Shown piece by piece: positions 37,953 through 51,826 of a stretch of 64,000 nucleotides of DNA (within the stretch, counting starts at the first letter, position 1; each line of letters opens with the position of its first letter). The stretch lies in assembly GCF_036588685.1 (NCBI RefSeq), contig NC_086385.1, forward strand, positions 32,821,216-32,885,215. Direction: 5' to 3'. This stretch comes from Mytilus trossulus. Lineage: Eukaryota. The translations under genes and the position numbers were made by a program. The notes beneath the pieces were generated by a model that searched no databases, was not told where the DNA came from, and saw only the letters and a program-made list of their open reading frames with translations.

Positions 37953-40900
37953 TTAAATGCAGATGCTCAGAATACAAGAAAGATATTACAACAAAGTATT
38001 TGAAGTTGTTAAAAAATATTAAATTTCTTGCAAAATACAATTGAGAAATACAAAGAAAGATCATTGAATGCCATTTTCCTAACACATCATTAACATATAT
38101 GTAATATATGAATTAAGGACTTTCACTCAGTCAATACTTTATATATGGACCTGTTAGATTATATTGACACTCGGATTTCGTACTCGGACAATATAATCTG
38201 AACAGGTCTATATATAACATATTAACCTCGTGAAAAGTCCATAATTAATAAATAATTACGTTCTCATGATACAACATCATTTGCAAATATACATAAAAAT
38301 GGTAAGTATGAGTGGTTATGTTTAACAGCAAAACTTATAAATGATGTTATTCAAAAGTAAATTCGATGGATCAACAAAATAGCCAAACATGATTCGAAAC
38401 GTCTCTGAATACGTGAATGTAAATTAATTTAATGAATATTGCCAAAGAAATTATATTGATTATTATGTTAAGTGCAAAGACGTGCTTGGCCGTAAATGAG
38501 GAAATATTTAGTAATACATGTATATAAACTTAACCAAGTGTTATCACTTCAAAACTTCAATTCTTAACATCTTATCGTCGAAATGAAAATTCTCACTTTT
38601 TGATAAGGGTATCTTGTTATGGTAAGATTGTCTAATTCATTCACATTGATGAAAATTTGAGATACACATCATAAGGATTTATAATACCTCACACGAATAG
38701 AAGCTAAGAAAAAAACACCTTTGTACGATTTGATCTTAATATTTCATCAGAAACAAATTACATTGTCGAAATATTTCGATCGAGAAAGTGGAAGCAGGAA
38801 TATCTTTAAATGAATGCGAGTAAAATCTTTCTATCACTATTAGTTGATTTTGTGTTCTAAGACCGATTTGATAACTCTAGTCTATCCAAATGATACGTAT
38901 TACTTGCAGTATGTTTCTTTCTATGACCTGCGTGTACTTGGATTTTTTGTAATATAATGTTGTCATTTTAGTGGTAAGTTTACCATTGCAATAAAAGCGC
39001 GCGGTTTGACTAGCCACAAAACCAGGTTCAACCTACTTTTTCTCTCTTAAAAAATCCTGTACCAAGTCGGGAAAATGGCAGTAGTTATTTTATAGTTTTT
39101 GTCTGTGTGTGTTGCATTATCGGTTGATTTCGCTGAACTTCAGTGTTTTAGTTCTTTTGATGATTTGTTCTTAAAGTTGATGTGTTTCCCTTGGTTGTAG
39201 TTTGTAAATGAAATCTGTTTGCGGTCAATCGATTGATGACTTTTGAACAGCGGTATACACTGTTACCTTTACTTTTACATTCCGTTCTTAATGAATATTG
39301 TCATATACAAACGATTTCACGCCAATCGAGGTTTCGTCGAAAATAATTTATTGAACAGAATAGCATTCATAACTTGATATATTAGAATATCATATTTTTA
39401 GATTGAAGATTTTTATATATGTATATTTTCTATCATTTATCGGAGTTTTGACAACCATGCAGCATGCACATTTATTTTTCATTACTTACCACTAAACTGA
39501 TCATTACGATTTCTCATCCTACATTGTTTCTTGCTTTAATCATGCATCATTCAGACAATTAAAACAATTGAGACAGCTCTTATATCCATATATATCGGCA
39601 TAGCGAAGAAGAGCATATATTGTTATATTCACTGTTGAATCACCGTGCCATGTTATGAGGTGATTTGACACTTATATGTCTTAACCAATATGTAACATCT
39701 GCTCTAGTGTCAGTTCAAAGTTAGGAAACTGTAGTACAGTGTGTTTCGTTTATTGTGTCTGCTATAATTGCTGTCTTCATAAGCTACCTTTGTAACAGCA
39801 GGCCATTGATTTTGAATATTTGAATACAAACAACGAACACACAAGTAAGACGAACTACACAAACATACTAGTTTATACAATATGCTTAGTAATTATGCAT
39901 AATCTGATACAATGTGCTTAAAAAAATATAAAAAAAACTTAACGAATATCTATTCCTTTAAAAACTAGCTTGCGTTTTGTTTAAAAACAAATATTGAGGT
40001 ATTTCTTCTTGTAAAAATCATATGGACAGAGCACGATTTGTCCGAGGCACATACATATTTCCCTTGTATCATATGACCTAAGAAAAAAGCAATTTTTGTG
40101 AGTTGCTTTTAAAACTTTAATGTAGTTTCTTGACAAGTTCTGACTTTTTTTTTTATAGATTCTATTTATTTATTGACAAAATGCACATTTATATCAGGAC
40201 GAAATGCATATATGATCAAGATAAATTACAAGATTAAAAAGAAAAAAACCCATAAAAGTATCATTTTACACCGGTTGTTAATAAAAAAAAAAAATAATGT
40301 AGGTGAAGCGTCGACCATGAATGATCATTTTTATTGATTTAAAATATTTAAATGTATTATCACGTATGATCTGATTTGTGACGTTTTACTTCTGTATTTA
40401 ATTCAAATTACTGTTTAACAAATTTAAAGTAAATGTAACTTTTATCCTGTGAACAAATATTGTTAATTTTAGAATAAATGTAGAGTGAAACAAATATTCC
40501 TTTTTAGTTTCTTGTATTCAAACAAATGGCTTGAAAACATTATAAGTGCTGATACAGATCGAAGGGTGATACCCGGCCGATATAAAAAAATGTAATAATA
40601 TTAATATGATAAACTGCCAATGCAACCTATATAAACCCGACCACATGACGTCACATAAGGCTATTATCAGTGACAAAATATCTTCGGGACAAGTTTATGC
40701 TTTGTATGCGTTAAATGGGTCATGCATGAATATTTGTGAATTGTATCACTCGTAACATGTATATTATACCAGTTACATGTACATCTAAATACGTGTGGCA
40801 CAATATCTCAGCACAATATAATCATAAATATTCATGCAATTGCCCTACATTATAATGTTGATTCCGAGATAAGTTGACAACCACAATCTATTACCACCTA

Positions 40901-42689
40901 CAACACACACACACACTATACAATGATGAATGAATATCGATATACACAAATACGTGCTATGTTAGTAGCAATTCAATAGAATGATTTTATTCGACGAATA
41001 CTACAGGTGAAACCTTTAAAATTTAAAACGATGCAGTTTCGTTGACAATTTCTGTTTATCCGTTTTAATGACATTTAAATTTTATTATATAGGGTAACTT
41101 TTAGAAAATGGAAGTTTGGAAACCCTGTTTGCAACATTGATTCCCAAAACTTAAGGTTTGTAATGGATCTTTGACAACACTTTCGCATCCTTTCGCTTTG
41201 CATTATATTATTTTGAAATATATGAAACGACTGCAAAAGATTGACGTTTTTACTGCATTATATACAGTATTTATCTTTACGCTGAACATCAATCTATATA
41301 GCCTTGTGTTTTCCTGGCACTCATAATTAAATCAAGTTGCATTCTTTAGTTTGATGATGGTATCATCTGTTTGTATTGCAACAAACGAGAATATATTAAG
41401 ACAGTTAAGCTCGCAAGTAGATCTCTCATTTTTTGCTATCATGAAAACCCTAAAAGTACTTAAGATTTTCTGGTGAATTTTATCAAGTTTCAGTCTCGTG
41501 TTTAAGAAGAGATCCGGGATACCAACATTCATCCCCTTTTCTGTGTCAAAAACCAAAATTGATGCAGAAGGCTTTCCGATAACTAAAACTATGTATAGGC
41601 GTCTACAATCGATATAATAGAGAATGGAAAAGGGGAATAGGGGAATGGAACACCAACCGATAAAAGAGTAGAAAAACAACCGAAGCCCATCAATGGATCT
41701 TTAACACAGTGAGAAAATCCCGCACCAGAACGCAGATTTCAGCTACCTTCTTAACCAAAATATGAACGAGTACAACAAATATGGACGTCATACTATACTC
41801 TAAAAAATATATAAAAAAATATACGAACAAAGTGAGGGGTTGCAAATATAAAAAGTGAGCAAACAAACGAATATTATTTTGAGAACAGGTGTAGAAAATT
41901 AAAAGGTCTGAGGTGCCGTTTTTGTCCCGCCCTTCGACAATTTCGACCACTCTCAAGCTCAGGGAAAACATTTATTGCACTGGGAAAAAGATGAGGTCCA
42001 TCCAGTGTATTCATGACTTTTGAAAGATTTCAACAGAGAGAGTCGAAAATTTCGTCTTTATGACAAACAAACTAAAACAACAAAGACCACTCGAGATTTT
42101 CATCGCAATGAAACTTGTTCTCTTTAAAGACGTCTTTACCACAACGTTTCAAATATGTTGTCTTGACCAATCATAACGTTTAATAGATAGTTACACTACA
42201 ACAATGCATATCCATTTCCGAATTCAGACAGTATGCTAGTTATATGGTCATGTATGACAGGAAAACACAATAATGCTATAAAAAATATATATATATCATA
42301 TGTATTATTGTTTAAAAAGTAATTCGTTGAATAGGTCAAGTGGGGCAACAAATATAACGACAAATTATTTAAAACGTCCTTTACAAGGTTAATTTAGTGG
42401 ACCAATTCAATACATTTGGTTATAGTGTTGGGTACATAGATGTGCTTGAAGTAAATGAGGAAATGTTAAGTAAAATATAAACTTAAATACCTGCTTAAAT
42501 CTCAACACCTTAATGGCAAAATAAAATTTCTAACTTGTATATAGGACCATATGAGTATCTCCTTCGTTCATTTTGGTAAAAAAATATATATATACCCACT
42601 ATAACGATTAGAAAAAAATAGTTTAGTTTAGTTTAATCGTTGAATCAAAGAAAAAAAGTCCTACACGTCATATATAGTGTCTTCATTTT

Positions 42690-43275
42690 TTGTTTTCTTT
42701 TTGTGTTGAGTTTCGATGTGTTTACTCTTATCTTCTATTTAAACAATTAAAACTGTGTTTTTTTTGTATTTCCTATTTCATGTCTGAGCATGCTTTCAAG
42801 GTTTCAATGAGTTTTTCTTTAAATGTGTTGTCCGATGATATTGTTGTCGGTAGCTTATTCCCATCCCTGATGACCCTTGGGAAGTTAAATTGACCGTAGT
42901 CAACTGTACTGGTTACTTCTTCGTAGAAGCGGGTTCTTTTTATATCTGTTGTTCTGGTTATCGTTTTGGATTAAATACTGTTGACGATCTTTGTTAATCA
43001 TGCTGGATCTTAAATACCATGTACGTATAATCTGTTTGCTATCATTTGTTCTTCGAGGATTTCCATTGTAATGTCTTAACCATATGTGTGACTCAGTCCA
43101 GTGCTCCGTCTGTGCTACTCTTCTCTGTACTTGTTCTATTGCCGTATTTGCTGTTTTAATTCGTCAAATCCCATACTGTGCATGCATATTCCACTGCAGG
43201 TATTTAAGTTACCATGGATACATATGCAGCCGCTTCTGCGGGCCTTGTTCAATCTTTTAGATTTTTGCTGATGAT
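42690..43275 (-). mobile_element. Degenerate CR1/L2-type LINE RT C-terminus
   Basis: Minus-strand remnants EYACTVWD, IEQVQRRVA, FPRVIRDGNKLP, with stops and frameshifts. Confidence 0.75.
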
Positions 43276-44511
43276 TCTTAATGTTCTCTTTTATTTGCCA
43301 ACTTTATTATCGAGTTTGTTTACTTCAAGTAAGACGGCTACTGATTAGGACTTCTAGATATTCATGGCTTCAACTGTCTCTATTGTACGACAATATAGTT
43401 GTTGTAAGTTGTTATTATCACCTCACTATTTTTATTTTGTTATATTCTTGTTACGCATTTAGTTATCAATATGCTAGAGCTTGATTAAATAAAACCAAAG
43501 AATGGAACAGGTTCCTTGGAATCCTTAATGTTTTTAAAACTTCGTTAATAATATCTATATGAAAAGTATCATACACACATCTGACGGGATTTAACCTTCC
43601 GTAATTTTCCGATTTGTTTACGTTTACATTTTACAGTTTTGAAATTGACATCATTACATGTAACTTAAGGTTAAATTTCATTTAAAATAGTTTTATTTCA
43701 CAGGTCTTAATTTTTGCTTGAAACATTACATCACTGAATAAACATATACAAGACAACGCCTCCATGGGTACATTTGTATCTTACACTTGCGCTTTCATTT
43801 TATCTTTGCGGTCTATTTATTATGCTATTTATCTTTTTATTTTTACTTTTATCGATCTTTAAAATTGACTTAATCAAATTAATGTATTTACCCATCTAAA
43901 ATTTTTTCATTAACAAAGACTAGTGACATAATTATATAAAGTTCATAGACAAAAATCCCTTTTTGAAGTCTATCAGACGATAGACTTAATTAAAGAAAGA
44001 TAACTAATTAACCATGCAAATGCAAAAATTGTTGAATAACAAGAATAAGAAATGATATTGTAAGGAAGATTAATCAATATAAGGAAGTACGCTTGTCTTG
44101 TTTTGGGATTGATATCAGATTTTCGGAATCCTCTGGTTTTATCCATTTGAATGCCTTAAAAAACTTGGCCCATTGACCCCTATTTTTCTTTTAATAAATC
44201 GTTTACCTGTATAATGATAAGCCATCTGTAAAAGTCTTATAACATTTTAATTATTTTTTAATAGTTTTCGAGAACTTTAACTTGACAATGATAAAAGCTA
44301 AGAAAAGACAAGAGAGAATATTTTCCGGCCAAAATTTCATTGGCTAATATCTAGAAAACGAACACATTGACAAATATATTTTTGTTGCTCTTTTGATTTT
44401 TTTTAATCCCCTATCAATATAAACTAGTGTTTTGAAAAGTTGATTATTTTGAAACTGAGAAGCAAACTCCCTTAAAAATATATTATTATTCCTATTATAA
44501 GACCTATGATA

Positions 44512-44750
44512 AGGCAAAAAAAAAAAGCATGTGTGTTTCCTGTTTCCCTACCTACCCTATATTTTAAGCTTAGAAATAGCCTACCCTAAAGTTTTTTTGG
44601 TCATTTTTCAATAAGCACTGTTAAAGTCAGGATTTCTCTCCCATAGACTCAATGTAAAACAAAATGGTAAAATAAAAAAAAATCCCTACCTACCTACCCT
44701 ATTTTTTTCAAAGAGGAAACAGGAAACACACATATTATTTTATTTGGCCT
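44512..44750. mobile_element. MITE AGGCCAAATAAAA (second copy 49308-49551, opposite orientation)
   Basis: TIRs, TA/TAA flanks, internal cctacc repeats, two homologous copies. Confidence 0.75.
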
Positions 44751-44821
44751 AAGCACAGTTATGTATTACAATACTTTCTTATATATCAAATCAATGCAAA
44801 ATATACGATTTTAAGTTGATC

Positions 44822-45425
44822 TCACGAATCATATGAAAGCACTATTGTCAGTTCTTTTACATGGTTCGTAAGTCGGAAATCACGATCCATATGAAAGCAC
44901 TATTGTCAGTTCTTTTACATGGTTCGTAAGTCGAAAATCACGATCCATATGAAAACACTATTGTCAGTTCTTTTACATGGTTCGTAAGTCGGAAATCACG
45001 ATCCATATGAAAACACTATTGTCAGTTCTTTTACATGGTTCGTAAGTCGGAAATCACGATCCATATGAAAGCACTATTGTCAGTTCTTTTACATGGTTCG
45101 TAAGTCGGAAATCACGATCCATATGAAAACACTATTGTCAGTTCTTTTACATGGTTCGTAAGTCGAAAATCACGATCCATATGAAAGCACTATTGTCAGT
45201 TCTTTTACATGGTTCGTAAGTCGAAAATCACGATCCATATGAAAACACTATTGTCAGTTCTTTTACATGGTTCGTAAGTCGGAAATCACGATCCATATGA
45301 AAGCACTATTGTCAGTTCTTTTACATGGTTCGTAAGTAGGAAATCACGATCCATATCAAAGCACTATTGTCAGTTCTTTTACATGGTTCGTAAGTAGGAA
45401 ATCACGATCCATATCAAAGCACTAT
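44822..45425 (+). repeat. 58-bp tandem array, about 10.4 copies
   Basis: tcacgatccatatgaaagcactattgtcagttcttttacatggttcgtaagtcggaaa starts every 58 nt from 44822 to 45402. Confidence 0.95.
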
Positions 45426-45517
45426 CAGTGACCATAGTGCTTTCATATGGTTCATGATTTCCGACTTAAAATTTTATTTTTTAGTTTTGCATATTTAATT
45501 AAGAATAAAAGTCAATA

Positions 45518-45694
45518 CAGTGAAACCTGTTTAAACCGAACCTCTTCGGGACTTAAGATTTTGTTCAGTTTTGGCCGATGTTCGGGTTTATCAGGTTCAC
45601 AACCCATCCAATTTGATATGACGGTGCTTAAGAACATGTTTGCTTTATACAGGTTTTCGGTTTATGCAGGATTTGGTTTACTTAGGTTTCATTG
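45518..45694. mobile_element. MITE CAGTGAAACCTG, copy 2
   Basis: Homologous to 11814-11992, TA TSD. Confidence 0.8.
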
Positions 45695-48600
45695 TAATTT
45701 CAAAAAGATAAACGGATATTACTGCCTTACTATGATTATTATTTGTTTCGGCCGTGCACGTGACCGGTTGTTTGAGGTAAATGTATCACTTTTTACGTTT
45801 ATAAAATCTTGATAACTTTTATTTCCTTTAAATTGTATTTACAGGTATAAATTAAGTTTATTATGTCAATTCCGATTTTTCTTTTAATCTAATTTTAAAA
45901 CGTAAACAATTGTAAAACGGTAAATCTACTATGTACTGAATATATTATAGAAAATCATGAATTCATTGAAGTACCACACCTGAACCTATATGCATAAAAA
46001 CCACTTAAATTCGGAAATCCAATCGTAATACTAAGTTTTTGTTAGACATGTATAAAAATCCGTCTGATTCGAACACATCTTAACCTAAGTAGTTTTAATG
46101 CATACGGGCCCTGGATTTTAACTTTCATTGATTTTTTTTTAATTATCACATCTGAAAAGCTTTGTAACTTTTTTTTATATAATTACTCCAAAATTGTTGT
46201 GTTTGCAAATTTTATCCAGGTCCCTGGTTCATTAAAAGTAACAGTTTGATCTTCAATCATGTACCGAGATATTCGTCGATTTAAATTTGAATACAAATTG
46301 AAAAAAAAATCCAACTTTATTTTTAGGGACCAGGGTATATGGTTTGAAGGAAAGAACAAACTACCTTAAACTTAAAAATTTTCGCGAGTGATTTTTTTTC
46401 GAGACTTTCGCGCAGTAACGCGAATAAAAATCGTCGCGGAAATTAAAACTTGTATCTACTCTTATCTTGTTTTAAAAATCAACTAAATTTGAAAATTGCG
46501 AAATAAAATGCCGCGAATTAAGCTGCACAGTGCTAACCGCGAAATAAAGTTTTCACAAAAGTAAGTTGGTTTACAGTATACATTATCAAACCACTTTGAT
46601 TTTAACAAATGTAAACACACTGACATCATAATCTTAACAACAATATAGACTTAAAATTCATCAAATTGCCACCAAAATAGAATAAAATATAAATACACAT
46701 GGTATTTGTTCATGTTCATCTCTTTCTATAATTTAAATATCTATAAATAAAGTTTTATAAATAGACGATTATTAAGATCATTCATTTTACATAATACTAA
46801 GGAGGTCACAAGACTTAAAGACACTTGCAATACTGTGTTTCTTGTTTTGAAATGGTTTTTAGGGAGAGGAGGGTTGCGGATATAACAAATATGATGTCTT
46901 GACCAATCAAATAGTATAAAATAGTTACTTTCTCACAATGTAGCATCATTTGTAAAAACACAATGTTACAGACAAACATAATTATGGTTATACATTTTAT
47001 GACATGCAAGCAGAATTATCCTGTTTTATAATAATATTGTTTAAGAGTTTGTTAAGTTAGTATGTCAAGAGGGTCACATATATTACTATAAACTATTTAA
47101 AACGTCCTTTTGATACCTAAAACAAAATGCATTCATTAGTATGTCACATGTACAATGATGTAACGTAAGGAAATAAATAAACATAAACATAGTCATGTTC
47201 CCATGAGGTAACATCATTTGTGAAAATAGGCATACATGTAATCCTAAGTGTATGGTTTAAAATACTATGAATAATTGATACAGAAAATACAATAGACTTG
47301 TCAAGAGTTTGTATTCTGTGTGAAGGTCAAAAGGGGCACTAATATAACTACAAATTAAGTCAAACGTCTGTTTAAAGCGTAAATCTAAATCACGAATTCA
47401 ATAAATTTAGCAAAACAAATAGATATTGGTTATCATATTAAGTACATGTAAGTGCATGAACGTAAGGAAATATTTAGTAATAAATAAACTTAAACACCTG
47501 TTATCACTTTAAAATGTCAATATTCAACAACTATACCGCAAAATGAAAATTCACACTGTTGATAAGACAATTGTAAGTTAAGATTGTGTAATTCATTCAT
47601 AATTGTGAAAAATTTGGAGACGCCCATAACACTTAAAAAAATCCTCACAAATATGGGAATCTAAGAAAAGAAACTTCGTACTATTTCATCAGAAATAAAT
47701 TACACGGCCAAACTGATCAATCGATCCATCAAATTGGATCTTCAGAGAACAAAAAACTAAACATAAATACTAAAAACAAAAAGATAAAATAAAATATATA
47801 TTTCAAATAAATACCTGAATAAACAAAACACCTTTCCCAGCTATAATACAATTACACGAATGATTTGCCATGGCTTTGTCAGTTTATTTTCAATCTATGA
47901 GTTTGACTGTCTGTTTAGTATCTGTCGTCCTCTCTTAAAGAGACAGTAACCCAGCTTATTATATTTGTTGGTTGAAAGGTGTCGATTCCCTTTTGATTGT
48001 ATCTCGGAACCTCAATTGTATTTGTAAAGTTATATTTACATGATTTAATAGCAAACAGATTGTTGCCATTGTATACTAATAAAATACCATATCATCAACG
48101 TATCATATCATATAATATCATAAATTGTATACATGCATAAACGAAACAAAATTAGAGAAAATTAGAGCTTTAAGTAAATATAAGTATACTCATATGCATT
48201 TTAATGTAATTTAGTATATATACGTAAAGTGCAGGAGGTTTCATCTTTTACGGAAAAATTATTCAATGGAAAACAAATTTCTAACGTTATACTAATAGGT
48301 ACATTATTAAATACTATAAAAAATGATAAATGAATTTCATACAATCATAAAACGTTTGTTAGAGGCTATATTCATGTTGCAATTTTAGCCATATAAACCA
48401 TTTTTGTCCTTAGGTCCACTCTGTTGATTCACATATATTGAATAGGTGTAGTTAATAACTGCATGCTATATATTATAATATTATTGATTCGTATATTTTA
48501 ACAAATTTAATTCGTTTAGGGATAGTCACATGTTAAACTATATTTTCGAAGGTAGAGAAAAACGGCGGATAGCAAAAAGCATATTGCACAGAGCATAATG

Positions 48601-51600
48601 CACGGTTATTTTTAGAATATCTAAAACCCGATTTACTTTGTGACGTCATGTAATGAATTTCAGGATATCGTTGAACGTTTTGAAACAAATGATATCTGTG
48701 ATCGATTATTTGACGAAATAATCTTCAAATGCATAAGATATCAAACAAACCAAAAAAAGTAAATTAAAAAACAACTAATATGTTGTTATTGTCAAGGAGA
48801 CAATATGATATCTATAAAATTCAAAAAAAATCAAATGACGATTTTGATACAAATATGCATAATGGTCTGAAATTAATAATAACAAATATAGCCTCTGTAT
48901 GAGGTCAATACAGGATATATCGACTTCGTCCTCAGTCAATATACTTCTTTCAGGTCAATATATCCTTGTATCGACCTCAAACAAAGTCTATATTTGTATA
49001 GTATTTGGTTCCAATCTATCTAACCTATCTAATATAGTTTTATGATTTTGCTATACTCTGTATTCACACAAGTTAATTGAATCATGGAAGTATTATATTG
49101 TCAATATAATACTTCCATGATTTGATCAAAATTTTAATCAGATCGGTTCGAAAATTTTTAATACGGATTTATTTATCCATTATTGCATATTTTATTGAAT
49201 TATCGGTTAAAATAAATAAAGTGAGTTTTTTGGCCTTCCTTCATAAACCAAAAGAATGGAATATGGTCCATGGAGCTACGTGCTGTCTTTATATAATTTG
49301 GACCATTAGGCCAAATAAATAATATGTTTGTTTCCTATTACATCATTGAAAAAAGGGTAGGTAGGTAGGGAATATTTTTTATTTTACATTTTTTTTACAT
49401 TGAGTCTATGCGAGAGAAGTTCTTACTTTTACGGTGCTTATGTGGAAAAATGACCCCCACCAAATAAAACCACTTTAAGGTAAGTTATTTCTAAGCCTAA
49501 AATATAGTGTAGGTAGAGAAATTGAAAACACGCATATTTTATATTTGGTCTTAGTTTAAAATTATACATGTGATTAACCCTTCGTAACTGGTGGTGTTTA
49601 ACGATCTTGACTGGCTGGTATGCCCCGCACGGTCCGCTCAGTGCCCGAGGCGTTCGGTGAGCTCTTACATATTTTGTTGCGTAACGATGAAAAGTTGGAA
49701 AGGACGGACGCATATTTGGTTTTGTTAAGATCTTTTGATATGTTGACTGTTTTGTCGTTGTTTACTGCCTTCACAAAGGTGTTTTCAGAGCCAGATTTGT
49801 CAGCTGTGCAGCCCGCTAACCAAGTACTGGTCGATGAGACTCGAACATAGTTTTAACGATGACAGGAAGCATTATCAGGACCAAAGTCGTCAGATTAAAA
49901 TAGCGCCCCATTATCTTACACAAAGAATACAGACCCTCGGACGTAAGTCAGCATAACAATCGGCAATTCTCGGGTGACTCCGCTAATGTTAATTTCATTT
50001 GACATCATTTATTTCACAGGCATACATTTGGTACATTATTAAATTATTATTCATCATTTCAATTCCAGAAACCGTGATTTCCTTCATAAAAGGTGTAAAT
50101 TGGACGATAATACAAGGTCCATGCATTGCATCGCTTAAAGTGGGGGAGGGGGTATATTTATTTTTATTCTTAAAAGAAAAACATATTTCTGAATACCGAT
50201 TTGATGAAAAAAAAGAGTAATGGTCAAGCAGATGAAAAACAATATGCTAAATCCAGATTTTCCCTATTTATAGTTTTAAATTTTGAAAATATAATTTTAT
50301 TGATTGAGTCGAAAAACTAAAAAAAAACTATAAAACAAACCTTCACGATTTGCGCGAAAAATGCTCTCCGCCTCCGACAAAAAAACAAATAGCCTCCTTA
50401 ATTTTAGGTAGAAATATTGGAATAAAAATACATATTTAAATAATTTTATGTATATAAATAATAATAAATAATATCATTTTATTCCAAAAATCATGAATTA
50501 AGGGTTTAAAGCGTAAATTCCATGGAGATTGTAAAACTAGTGTCATGAACACGCTCCCTCTGTGTGTGAGTTGACTGTGTTTTTTTTTAAGTTATGCCAT
50601 CGTCATTTTTCTCCTTTGTCTCATTTTCAATAAAAAATAGGCATTTTGTTCACTTTCCTTGTAAATTTTTTTTAATATATAAAGACAGACTATAAATCGA
50701 TTTCGCCGAGCACGTGATCGGTATAGTTTCGGTGAACAGTAAATTCATCGCTTGCAAATTTTAGTTTACAAAATTTATTACTATGCCTTGATCATTGTTG
50801 ATAGCTTTACATTTCTTTTTAATTAATTTCAACAGGTAGATATTTTATGTTTTTTTTTATTTATTACTTTCATTCCGGAAAAATAAACTAACTGAAATAC
50901 TATTTACTCGTTTAATTTTTAAAAATCTTTTTCTCATTGAAGTGAAACATATTTGAATGTTTTCCCGATCGGATTTGTAGTTTTTTCTTTGTAATCACCT
51001 CAAAATTGCTATTTTAAATTAATCAAATTTACCAAAATCCCTCTCCACGTGCAATGAACAACATCTAACTTTACCAGCCTCCATTTTCTTTTATTATGAC
51101 AGCACTGAATGTTCATTTCCATTTGCGCGAGTAATACGACATTTTCCTCTTTAATCGCAGATTCGGATGCACGATTAAGAAAAAGGACATGGGGAGATAA
51201 ACTAGGCAATGGTAGGAGTGAACCACGTAAAAATCTGCAGTAATCACAAATTCAATGTAATTAAAATATGGATACCTGATTACATTGAACCCATATCACA
51301 AAAATAACGCCATATCAATATTTATATAATTTGATTATATCTATTTGTGCATGCATTTGGATACAGAAATGGAGCCTTCTCCAGGCCTCCTAAATTCGAC
51401 TCTCGAACAATACAAGACAGTTTGTTGTCCCTTCATAAATAAACTGATGACAAACGTCACGGCCAAATAAAAAAAAAAGCACAAAACAAACAAACAAAGA
51501 ACAGTTCACAAACCAACATAATAAACCAAAGTCTGAGCAACACGTACCCAACCAAAAACTGGGAGTGATATTTTGCGCTCCGAACTGAAAAGCAGACATG

Positions 51601-51826
51601 GCCTTGAAGGCATAAAACTTTGCTCAGTGCTTTGAGCACAAATATCATGATCGAAACATGAAATCAAGCAAATTTGATTGGTTGATTTTCGAGTCTGAGT
51701 ACAACAGCATGCTCGAAAGTTTAAGACCGTGAGGGCTGTTACATAGTGACAGCCGTCGTGTTGCTCGTGAAAGTAGAAACCCGGTGATAAGTCTCTAATA
51801 TTCAGTAGGTTATATCCGGGGGAATA

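Larger units (their letters stand above)
35430..47705 (+). repeat. Old degenerate triplication of non-coding DNA upstream of paralog B
   Basis: Blocks 35430-35760~40940-41270; 36667-36890~42157-42400~46893-47110; 38385-38770~42400-42650~47385-47705. Confidence 0.75.

Noticed and set aside
44822-45425. CRISPR-like regular array
   Set aside because: There are no unique spacers and the context is eukaryotic; it is a plain tandem repeat.
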